Positions 33,327 to 41,747 of a stretch of DNA of 54,387 nucleotides are shown here, piece after piece. A program made the translations under genes and the position numbers. How positions within the stretch are numbered: the stretch's first letter is position 1; the number at the start of each line of letters is the position of its first letter. Source of the stretch: an uncultured Candidatus Saccharibacteria bacterium (lineage in GTDB: Bacteria; Patescibacteriota; Minisyncoccia; Phycocordibacterales; SBAW01); contig CAYGHD010000004.1 in NCBI GenBank assembly GCA_964349675.1, positions 1 through 54,387 on the forward strand. The letters run 5' to 3'. The notes below the pieces were generated by a model. That model was not told the DNA's origin and ran no database searches. It saw only the letters and a list, made by a program, of their open reading frames with translations.

Positions 33327-34817
33327 TTATTCTCCGACCCATATTTGAACGCTGCTCGTCCCCTGCCCAGTCGCGTACAAGCGGCCGCGCTCGTAGTCAA
33401 ACCCACCAACCATAGCGCCTAACACTGAGTGCAGCGACTCTGTTGAAAAAGCGCTGCCGTAGTTCCATATCTGAAGCTCTTTGGTAACTTTTGAGGTAAG
33501 GAGGAAAACACGCGAGTGCATCGCTATGAGCCCCATAACTCCGGTGTTGATATCTTGAGATGCAAGTTCATGTAGCCCCGCAGTTGGGTTGGTGGCGGAA
33601 AATAGGTATACATCTGGACCATTTGGAGTAGAAGCTCTTCCAACATAGAGTGCATCGCCGAGCATGCAGATACTTTGTGCATTTTGACTCCCAGGAAGGT
33701 CGACTGTTGCGGCAAGCACCTCACTCACAGAGCCTTGTTCAGGAACATCCGTAACATCGAATACGCGCACCTCGCTGTGGAGTTGACTGGTCGCAGTATA
33801 CAAAAAACGTTTCCGCACTCCCTGTATAATCTGCTCTTGAACCGCAAGCGCATTTATTGTGGCGCCCACTTCAAAGCCAGATCCAAGCTCTGTTGGAAAA
33901 TTTGGATCGGACACGTCAAAGACGTGAAGCTCGGGACCTGCTGTATATTTGGTCGTCATGTACACCCGCGGCGCATAGTATACAAGCCGGTGACCCATCG
34001 GCTCCGAGCCCGTAGTACTCACGTTGCGCAGCGAGCGACGCGCTATGGTGACGGGGTTGTGTATATCAGTAACATCAATGACATGCAACTGTTCTTGCGA
34101 AGCGTTTAGTGCGGCATATACATAGGTCCTCATGTCCCCGTCAGTGTCGCGCTGCTGCACTACATCTAAAAACACAATGTGTTCGGGGAGTGAAAAATTA
34201 TTTTCAAATGATACAAAAGAGAGCGCATCTCCAGCGTGTACGGCTCGCGTATTGCTGATAAACAAATATGGGGCTACAGAGCCTCCCATGTATATCACCC
34301 CATCAAGTACATCTATCGCGGTTGGTTTGCCCAAGGGTAATGTCCCTTGTGCTAAAACCGCTGGTCGGGACCAATCGCCAAGATCCGCAGCAGTCTCACA
34401 ATCCCCTCCTAAAGCTAGAAGTTTTTGAACATCATACACTGTTGTCCTGATAGACAGATTTCGTGGACGCAAAGCACCCTCAACCCAGGCAACGCTACTT
34501 GTTGCAGACACAGCACAAGGCGCATCAGCGTGTAATTCCATTCGTCGCGTATAGGTTGTCGACGCGATTGTCATTACTTCAGAAGCATCTTCTATGCTAG
34601 CGACTCGAGCGACCCTCATTGTATACAGAGCGTGCGCGGACAGCTGCAGCGCTTGGTTTTTGGCGCGAGCGCCATATGAGACAAGCATTCCTCCAAATAC
34701 TATTTCTGCAGCGATGGAAATGCTCATAACTAACAGGGCAAAAGCAATGAGTACCTCAATGGTGCTGAACCCTTGTGCACGCGCTTGCAAACTACCAGAG
34801 AATAGTCCCTTCTTCAT
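33327..34817 (-). CDS. Large pseudopilin with LVIVD-repeat beta-propeller-like domain
   Basis: 496 aa with the prepilin N-terminus AQGFSTIEVLIAFALLVMSISIAA. Repeated motifs are LHVIDVTDIHNPV, LHVFDVSDPNFPT, VRVFDVTDVPEQG and LQIWNYG. Confidence 0.8.
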   Translation of the reverse strand: MKKGLFSGSLQARAQGFSTIEVLIAFALLVMSISIAAEIVFGGMLVSYGARAKNQALQLSAHALYTMRVARVASIEDASEVMTIASTTYTRRMELHADAPCAVSATSSVAWVEGALRPRNLSIRTTVYDVQKLLALGGDCETAADLGDWSRPAVLAQGTLPLGKPTAIDVLDGVIYMGGSVAPYLFISNTRAVHAGDALSFVSFENNFSLPEHIVFLDVVQQRDTDGDMRTYVYAALNASQEQLHVIDVTDIHNPVTIARRSLRNVSTTGSEPMGHRLVYYAPRVYMTTKYTAGPELHVFDVSDPNFPTELGSGFEVGATINALAVQEQIIQGVRKRFLYTATSQLHSEVRVFDVTDVPEQGSVSEVLAATVDLPGSQNAQSICMLGDALYVGRASTPNGPDVYLFSATNPTAGLHELASQDINTGVMGLIAMHSRVFLLTSKVTKELQIWNYGSAFSTESLHSVLGAMVGGFDYERGRLYATGQGTSSVQIWVGE

Positions 34818-35238
34818 TTATTTGTATGCGCCGCAGCATAGCATCACCATGCAGATATATGTCGACCGGTGTTGTTGTCGCCGTGTGTTGCGTAAAGAGT
34901 ATTGTCGGAAAAGTTTCCTCAAAACCGGAAGCTTCCGCAACATAGCGCGCAGCGTATATACGTTCGCTCGTTTGAGCATCTGGTGCGCAAACGGTGCCTT
35001 CAAAAATAATATAGTACGGTGACGCGTAACACACACCATGCACAGTAGCGTGCACGCGAGTGAGCGCTTGACTACGCGCCCTGTGAAGCACACTCACGAG
35101 TATTTGGTGCTCGGCCTGTACGACATAGGATGTGTATGCGCCCACACTGAGCATTGTTCCTGCGCTAAAAAGTATAATGACTATCGTCAATACAATTAAC
35201 AACTCCAATAAGGTACACCCATTATTTTGCGGAGACAT
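34792..35238 (-). CDS. Pseudopilin (GspH/FimT-like)
   Basis: The ORF 34792..35289 is trimmed to M18. The N-terminus is MSPQNNGCTLLELLIVLTIVIILFSAG. It overlaps both neighbouring genes. Confidence 0.78.
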   Translation of the reverse strand: MSPQNNGCTLLELLIVLTIVIILFSAGTMLSVGAYTSYVVQAEHQILVSVLHRARSQALTRVHATVHGVCYASPYYIIFEGTVCAPDAQTSERIYAARYVAEASGFEETFPTILFTQHTATTTPVDIYLHGDAMLRRIQINEEGTILW

Positions 35239-36307
35239 GCGCAGTAATGCTATACATAGGCGAAATAATTGCGAGTGCCACAAACCCAACCATACATCCG
35301 ACCATAATCATAAGCGCAGGCTCAAGCGCATTCGTGAGATTCTTTGTTTGTTCATCCACATCAGCTTCATAGAGATCACTCAGATACCCGAGCGTTGCCG
35401 GTAGCGTACCAACCCTTTCCCCTACCGCAACGAGTTGCTGCGCCATACTCGGGAACGCCCGTGTAAACTTCAACATGCCGTGTGAAAGAGACCCGCCTTG
35501 CGCGACAGATTCTGCTATCTGCAGAAACGCTGCTTTGTAGTATCTGTTGGATGCGAGGTCTCCAAGATGCATAAGCGCATCTGGCAAGCGCATTCCGCTC
35601 AACAACAAAAGCCCGAGCGCCCGACAACAATTTGCCATTGTATAGCTGCGCACAAACGTTGCGATAATTGGCGTCCGCAATAACACAGCATCAAACATTG
35701 AACGAAAAAATGTCTGTTTATAGTACAAATATATTACTGCACTCACGCTCATGCAGAGGGTTGCGAGGAGTTGCGGCCAATATGCTAATAAACCACTACT
35801 CACGACCATGAGCACCCGGGTCGAGAGCGGCAACTCAATCTTTAGCGACTGAAAAATGGGTAGGATTTTTGGAAAAACATACATAAGCAATACTCCGGTA
35901 ATGCCTGCCGTACTGACGCAGATGAGCGTCGGGTATACAAGAGCATTTTTTACTTTTTGCCGTAGACGCTGCTTCTTCCCTAGCTCATCTGAAAGATACT
36001 GGAGGGTCTGCGCCAAAGACCCACTTTGCTCTCCAATACGGATGCTGCTGATAAAGAAATTATTACGGATCAGATGAGTTTTAGTGATACTCGCAGATAA
36101 CGACTGCCCATTGAACATGTCCTGAATAACCGAATCGAGCAACGCGCCCTGTCTCACAGAGACTGTTTGCACGCGGATAATTTCTAGACTTTCCAAAATA
36201 GGAACCTCTGCATTGAGCAGAAAAGAAAGCTGCTTTGTAAACAACATTTGCTCTTTTATAGACAGCTGCCGTACGCGCCATGTGAAAATGGGAAGCAGAC
36301 TACTCAT
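35222..36307 (-). CDS. pilC: Type IV pilus platform protein PilC (T2SS F family)
   Basis: The ORF 35222..36367 has a preferred start at M21. Two T2SSF repeats are present (GEQSGSLAQTLQYLSD and GERVGTLPATLGYLSDLYE) along with 3 TM segments. Confidence 0.9.
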   Translation of the reverse strand: MSSLLPIFTWRVRQLSIKEQMLFTKQLSFLLNAEVPILESLEIIRVQTVSVRQGALLDSVIQDMFNGQSLSASITKTHLIRNNFFISSIRIGEQSGSLAQTLQYLSDELGKKQRLRQKVKNALVYPTLICVSTAGITGVLLMYVFPKILPIFQSLKIELPLSTRVLMVVSSGLLAYWPQLLATLCMSVSAVIYLYYKQTFFRSMFDAVLLRTPIIATFVRSYTMANCCRALGLLLLSGMRLPDALMHLGDLASNRYYKAAFLQIAESVAQGGSLSHGMLKFTRAFPSMAQQLVAVGERVGTLPATLGYLSDLYEADVDEQTKNLTNALEPALMIMVGCMVGFVALAIISPMYSITAHVSAK

Positions 36308-37517
36308 ATACGGTACGGAGCACTTCGGCAATACTGGTATGCCCGGCAAGGGCTTTATTAAACCCATCTTGAAATAATGTAGTCATACCATTCTGTATCG
36401 CTACCTTCCGTATATCCGCAGCAGGAGCGCGAGCCAAAATAGCGTCGTGCACTTCTCGGTCGACGACCAAGACCTCATAAATCCCTATCCGCCCCATATA
36501 TCCAGTACCCCTGCACGCATCACATCCAGTGCCGATAAAAAATGGTTCGTCTTTGCAAATTAGCCCCTGAACGTGTCTTTGCAAAAAATCATATTCAACC
36601 TCCGTTACATGCATCTCACGTCTACAATGCTGGCACAGCGTGCGCAGTAATCTTTGACCAATAGCAACAGAGACTGTTGATGCGACAAGATACGCATCCA
36701 CCCCCATGTCGAGCAGCCGAGGCAGCGTCGTTGCAGCGTCGCTTGTATGTAGTGTTGAGAGTACTAAGTGGCCGGTAAGTGCCGCGTTAACTGAGACTTT
36801 AGCGGTCTCTGCGTCCCTAATCTCACCCACCATAATAATGTTCGGATCTTGCCGCAGAATAGAACGCAAACCAGCGGCAAAAGTTAAGCCAGTTTTCGGC
36901 TGCAATTGAATTTGAGTCACGTTGCTAATCGCATATTCAATAGGATCTTCAATAGTTATGATCGAGACCTCTTTGGTGTTAAGCATTTGTATGAGCGTAT
37001 AGAGCGTGGTTGTTTTACCAGAGCCCGTTGGGCCAGTCGCCAACAGCATCCCATGCGGACGTGTCATTGCTCGAACAATCCGCTCTTGATCAAGAGCGCT
37101 AAACCCGAGGCTTGTAAGCGTATGACTTTCTGGAGCCTCTGCCAACAATCGCAGTACGGCATTCTCTCCAAAATAGGTCGGCGTAATAGAAACACGCACA
37201 TCGATAGGCAGAGACCCTTCTTTGGAAACCCTAAATCGACCATCTTGCGCGGCCTGATGCTCGTCGGTGCGCAACCATGCAAGTACCTTAATGCGCGAAA
37301 TAACTTCAGTGTGAATATTTTTTTGTAATAAAAACACTTCTTGCAGTACCCCGTCAACCCGTAAACGGATTTTGAGCGTCGTATCGGTCGGATCGATATG
37401 AATATCTGACGCGCGCATCGTGTGGGCTTGCCAAATGAGCGCATCTACCAGGTCAGAGATTGAAAAACCCGCAGCACGAGAGATAAGGTCTGCGACGACT
37501 CCCTCAGGGGTCTCCAT
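36300..37517 (-). CDS. pilB: Type IV pilus assembly ATPase PilB/GspE family (short, no N-terminal extension domains)
   Basis: 405 aa with Walker A GPTGSGKTT, Walker B IIMVGEIRD and His box GHLVLSTLHT. The tetracysteine motif is CQHCRRE...GTGCDACRGTGY. Confidence 0.93.
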   Translation of the reverse strand: METPEGVVADLISRAAGFSISDLVDALIWQAHTMRASDIHIDPTDTTLKIRLRVDGVLQEVFLLQKNIHTEVISRIKVLAWLRTDEHQAAQDGRFRVSKEGSLPIDVRVSITPTYFGENAVLRLLAEAPESHTLTSLGFSALDQERIVRAMTRPHGMLLATGPTGSGKTTTLYTLIQMLNTKEVSIITIEDPIEYAISNVTQIQLQPKTGLTFAAGLRSILRQDPNIIMVGEIRDAETAKVSVNAALTGHLVLSTLHTSDAATTLPRLLDMGVDAYLVASTVSVAIGQRLLRTLCQHCRREMHVTEVEYDFLQRHVQGLICKDEPFFIGTGCDACRGTGYMGRIGIYEVLVVDREVHDAILARAPAADIRKVAIQNGMTTLFQDGFNKALAGHTSIAEVLRTVYE

Positions 37518-37609
37518 GAGGATTTAATTGTAATACGGAGCTGTTATTTTTTACCGAAAACATTCAATCCCCAATCAAATACTCCCTTTTTGATTTGTAA
37601 AATAGTCGA

Positions 37610-37654
37610 GTTATCCCCAATTCCGGAGATGCGATCTTTGTAATTGGGGATAAC
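37610..37654. repeat. REP-like hairpin, third copy (gttatccccaatt-ccggagatgcgatctttgt-aattggggataac)
   Basis: 13-bp perfect stem. The loop and stem match the 9593-9634 element except for a few substitutions. It is intergenic between recO and pilB. Confidence 0.85.
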
Positions 37655-37663
37655 TTTTGAGTT

Positions 37664-38242
37664 TTAGAGACCGGTAGCACCAAGCGACTCGTTGATAGCG
37701 CGGATGAGCACTGTGCGCGAGCGCGCTGCCGCTGCAGCCAGCTCCATTGAAAAAAAATCTTGTTCTAAAAAAGGACGTATCTCAGCAGTCTGCGGCAAGT
37801 AGCCTAAGTGAGACAGAATGCGCAAAACCAATACGCATTCAATATGTTCGGCTTCTTCATCACTACTTTTTGCTAAATACTGTAGCCCCTGAGAAACAGT
37901 CGCATATAATTCCGGCACCGACTCTTCCCCATGGATGAGGCGCGTAAGCAACCGCGCAACGCGCCCCACCGCACGCCGGCGCAGTGGCGAGTCGGCACTA
38001 TGAACACGCGAAAGATCTTGCACCCCAACGAGCTTCCATTCAAATACGCCGCGCACTAAAGAAAACCTGCCAGACGTGAGCGGCTCTAACCCATATCGTA
38101 ATTTTGATTTTGCCAAGCGCGCACTCCGCGCAGAAGCACGTATCAACCCCAAATCATCGCTTAAAAGTGATACGAGCGTGTTTGCTTCACCAACCCCCCG
38201 CTTGCCAAGCACAATGGCGTCTATCACAACAATTTTATGCAT
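37664..38242 (-). CDS. recO: DNA repair protein RecO
   Basis: The ORF 37664..38389 is trimmed to M50 (MHKIVVIDAIVLGKRGVGEANTLVSLLSDDLGLIRASARSAR...). It has a RecO-like OB N-terminus and overlaps the ileS stop by 8 nt. Confidence 0.75.
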   Translation of the reverse strand: MHKIVVIDAIVLGKRGVGEANTLVSLLSDDLGLIRASARSARLAKSKLRYGLEPLTSGRFSLVRGVFEWKLVGVQDLSRVHSADSPLRRRAVGRVARLLTRLIHGEESVPELYATVSQGLQYLAKSSDEEAEHIECVLVLRILSHLGYLPQTAEIRPFLEQDFFSMELAAAAARSRTVLIRAINESLGATGL

Positions 38243-41200
38243 GGATATCCAACCCTCCAAGACCAGTTGCGGCAATAATCTCATTCTGGAACTTGCGTGC
38301 AACCACAGCTTCCTCTGGAGAGACAGTGAGCGTATGTGTTGGTCTGTCAGCAATTTGTAGACCTGATTTTTTGCGCCACTCCTGCACACGGCGGATTAAG
38401 TCTCTCAGCACCCCCTCTTCTTTCAGCGCTGGAGTCATGGCTGTGTCGAGCCACACAACATCGACCGTTTCATCTTGAAGCACTTCTTTGACATTCAATT
38501 CATCAACGATAAGTGCTTGAAGCCCCGGGTCTTTTGGCAGTGTCTTTGCTTTGAGTGTTTGGAGCGGCTGCCGCACTTTTATCCCCGCCTTTTCACGCAA
38601 CTCCAACCCGCGCGAACAAATTGTACGCACTTGCTCCATGTCTTGAAGCAACACTTGGTCTACAACGGGAGCTTTTGGCCAAACGGAAAGGTGTACACTC
38701 TCTGGATCTGCTTCAGCACGCAAGCGGCGGTACAGGTCATCTGCAAAAAATGGCATCGTGGGCGCCATCACCTGCGCCACCGTACAGAGCACTTGCCGCA
38801 GAGTCTGAAGCGCAGCGTCTTTATCTTTGCCATCTGTTTTAAACCGATCACGAGAACGGCGTATATACCACGTAGACAAATCATCGATAAAATTTGCGAG
38901 CGGACGTGTTGCCTCATCGAGCTCGTATTTTTCAAACCCTTGTGTCGTGTCACGCACCAACTCGCCCATTCGAGACATGATCCATGCATCTAGCGGGTGT
39001 GTTGTATGTTTTGCGCTCAATGCTTTGGCCTGCGCAACAGGCGCTCCTACAGCGGACTCTGCAGGCGCATAGAGGTCATAAAAACTCCTCACGTTGTCTA
39101 GCCGCATTAAGAGTTTTTTTGCAACTTCCTCCACCCCGCGCGCAGAGAAACGCACATCCTCGCCACGAATCACTGGAGAAGAGAGTAAATAGTAACGCAG
39201 CGCATCGACTCCAAATTGGTCAACCAGCTCCATAGGATCGGGATAATTTTTTAGACGCTTACTCATCTTTTGTCCGTCTTGAGCGAGTAATTGCCCATTC
39301 GTTATTACCGCCTTGTATGGGCTTTTCCCAAAAAGTGCCGTACCCAAAACAATCAACGAGTAAAACCATCCGCGCGTCTGATCGATACCTTCAGCGATAA
39401 AATCGGCTGGGTACCCTTTTGGCAGTAGGCCGAGAAACCGCTTTGGATCAAAAATGCCTTTACGAAATGGGTAGTGATTTGACGCAAATGGCATCGACCC
39501 TGACTCAAACCAACAGTCGAATACGTCGCTCACACGCTTCCATTCTCCACTCAATGGGTCACCCAGCGTGATTGCGTCTATATACGGACGATGCAGGTCG
39601 AGCTCAAAATTTTCATTGTGCGGATACGGCGTGAAAGACAGTTTTTGCCATTGCCCTGTTTTAAACAAGTTTCCACCATGTGGCTGAGCTACCAAGTCTG
39701 GCATAAGCGTGCGGGAGGTAATTTCGGTGAGCAGCCATGCGCCGACCCCGTGCGTCACAAGCAACACCCGCTTGCCTGAATAACGCTTGTCGATATCAAA
39801 AATAAAATCAGCCACGCGGTTGCGCACTTGCGCGTAGGTCTCTCCGCCAACAGCGGCTGTATTAAACTTGTCTGACAAGGTAGCGAACAGTGCCTCCCAT
39901 TCGGGTAGCGGTGCGCCGTTTTTATCTCCAAAATGCACCTCAACCAAACGCGTATCAGTCATGATGACTGAGTGCGGCAAACCCAACTCATCGCACACCA
40001 GACGCGCTGTTTCTTGCGCACGTAGCAATGGTGACGCAACCACCATATCTATTTTTTGCGATTTAAGCTTGCGCGCAGAAGCACGCACCTCGGCTTGACC
40101 TTTGTGGGTAAGATGGTTCTCGACGGTATCATCTGAATTAGCAAAACCTTCTACATTGCTTCGCGCCTCCCCATGCCGCATAACGATATACTCGTTCCCT
40201 GACCGACGAGACATTGCCAACAAATCCTCAACGGACCCGACTACTTTTATCTCTTTTGTTTTACTGTGTCTCCAAACAGGGATAGGTGCCCCCCAGTAGC
40301 GGCTACGAGAAATTGCCCAATCTGGCGCATTTTGCAGCAGATTGTTAAAACGACCAGAACCTACACGATCTGGAACCCAATGTACTTTTGTATTTTGTGC
40401 GAGCAGTTTGCTTTTTATCGATGAAACTTTTACAAACCATGAGTTTGCTGCCCAATTAAGCAGCGGGGTGTCGCAACGCCAACAATGTGGGTAGGAATGC
40501 CTGATCTTTTCCTGTCGGAAAAGCCTCCCCCGCTGCTCTAAATTTTCAGCAATTTTTGCGTCAGTTTCCATATGCCGACCTTTTGGCTTTACCGGCAAAT
40601 GAGCGAAGTCCGCAACCGTTGCAACAAATTTACCGTCATCAGTGACATGATGAATGAGTGGTATCTTCTCTTTCTGTGCAAGCTCCAAATCTTCAGCACC
40701 GTACGCTGGGGCTAGGTGGACAATACCAGTACCGTCTTGCAATGTTACATACGGCGCAGCGTACACGCGCCATGCATGTGTCTTGTGCTTGTGTATTGTG
40801 TCGACAAAATAGTCAAACGGTGGAGTGTAGCGCTTGCCTACTAAATCTTTACCAAGAATTTCGCCGTATATTTTTAAATCTTCGCCCAACACTTTTTGCG
40901 CCAAGTCTTTTGCTACAACCACAAAACCACCGTCCGTGCGCACTTTAACGTATGTAGCTTGTGCGTTTACAGCAACCGCAACATTGCCAGGAAGTGTCCA
41001 CGGCGTCGTGGTCCAAATCAGCAATGAGGTCTCAGGCTCATCGACAAGCGGCATCTTTACGGTCACGGCAATATCGTCGATATCTTGGTACCCTTGGGCT
41101 ACCTCAAAATTTGAAAGCGTTGTGCCACAGCGCGGACACAGATGCATCGCTTTAAAGCCCTCGTACACTAACCCTTTATCGTACAGACTTTTAAATGCCC

Positions 41201-41735
41201 ACCACACACTCTCTGTATATGAGGAGTCCATGGTCTTATAGTCTTGCTCCATGTCTGCCCAACGACCCATACGGGGGATAATCCGCTTCCAGTCGGCGAC
41301 ATCCTTCATGATGCTTGTGCGGGCAGCAGCGTTGAACTTTTCGATACCGTATTCTTCAATATCACGCTTGGTTTTAAACCCAAGCTCTTTTTCTACCAAG
41401 TTCTCAACGGGGAGTCCGTGACAGTCCCACCCCCATTGCCTGGCAACACGGTAACCCTGCATCGTGCGGTAACGCGGGATCGCGTCTTTGAGCGCGCTTT
41501 GTAATATATGTCCGTAGTGCGGCAAACCGTTTGCAAACGGCGGCCCATCATAAAAAACATACTCTCCTTTTGGAGCCTTCTTTTGCAGTGTTTTTTCAAA
41601 AATATTGTTAGCCTGCCAAAAAGCGAGTATTGCTTCTTCGCGCTCAGCGAGCGGGCTCTTTGAACCCACTTCTGGCCCACGATGCTGCTCTTCCCCACCC
41701 TGCTTTGGTGAATCCATATCTAGAGAATATAGCAC
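38235..41735 (-). CDS. ileS: Isoleucine--tRNA ligase (type 2/eukaryote-like) carrying an internal histidine-phosphatase-like insertion
   Basis: 1166 aa with the HIGH motif PHYGH, CP1 editing-domain motifs (TTTPWTLPGN) and DWAISRSRYWGAPIPVW. The KMSKS motif is KMSKRL. The insertion at residues about 514-708 carries RHGE, SPLLRAQETA and VTHG. Confidence 0.95.
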   Translation of the reverse strand: MLYSLDMDSPKQGGEEQHRGPEVGSKSPLAEREEAILAFWQANNIFEKTLQKKAPKGEYVFYDGPPFANGLPHYGHILQSALKDAIPRYRTMQGYRVARQWGWDCHGLPVENLVEKELGFKTKRDIEEYGIEKFNAAARTSIMKDVADWKRIIPRMGRWADMEQDYKTMDSSYTESVWWAFKSLYDKGLVYEGFKAMHLCPRCGTTLSNFEVAQGYQDIDDIAVTVKMPLVDEPETSLLIWTTTPWTLPGNVAVAVNAQATYVKVRTDGGFVVVAKDLAQKVLGEDLKIYGEILGKDLVGKRYTPPFDYFVDTIHKHKTHAWRVYAAPYVTLQDGTGIVHLAPAYGAEDLELAQKEKIPLIHHVTDDGKFVATVADFAHLPVKPKGRHMETDAKIAENLEQRGRLFRQEKIRHSYPHCWRCDTPLLNWAANSWFVKVSSIKSKLLAQNTKVHWVPDRVGSGRFNNLLQNAPDWAISRSRYWGAPIPVWRHSKTKEIKVVGSVEDLLAMSRRSGNEYIVMRHGEARSNVEGFANSDDTVENHLTHKGQAEVRASARKLKSQKIDMVVASPLLRAQETARLVCDELGLPHSVIMTDTRLVEVHFGDKNGAPLPEWEALFATLSDKFNTAAVGGETYAQVRNRVADFIFDIDKRYSGKRVLLVTHGVGAWLLTEITSRTLMPDLVAQPHGGNLFKTGQWQKLSFTPYPHNENFELDLHRPYIDAITLGDPLSGEWKRVSDVFDCWFESGSMPFASNHYPFRKGIFDPKRFLGLLPKGYPADFIAEGIDQTRGWFYSLIVLGTALFGKSPYKAVITNGQLLAQDGQKMSKRLKNYPDPMELVDQFGVDALRYYLLSSPVIRGEDVRFSARGVEEVAKKLLMRLDNVRSFYDLYAPAESAVGAPVAQAKALSAKHTTHPLDAWIMSRMGELVRDTTQGFEKYELDEATRPLANFIDDLSTWYIRRSRDRFKTDGKDKDAALQTLRQVLCTVAQVMAPTMPFFADDLYRRLRAEADPESVHLSVWPKAPVVDQVLLQDMEQVRTICSRGLELREKAGIKVRQPLQTLKAKTLPKDPGLQALIVDELNVKEVLQDETVDVVWLDTAMTPALKEEGVLRDLIRRVQEWRKKSGLQIADRPTHTLTVSPEEAVVARKFQNEIIAATGLGGLDIHA

Positions 41736-41747
41736 TTTTTGAGCTTT

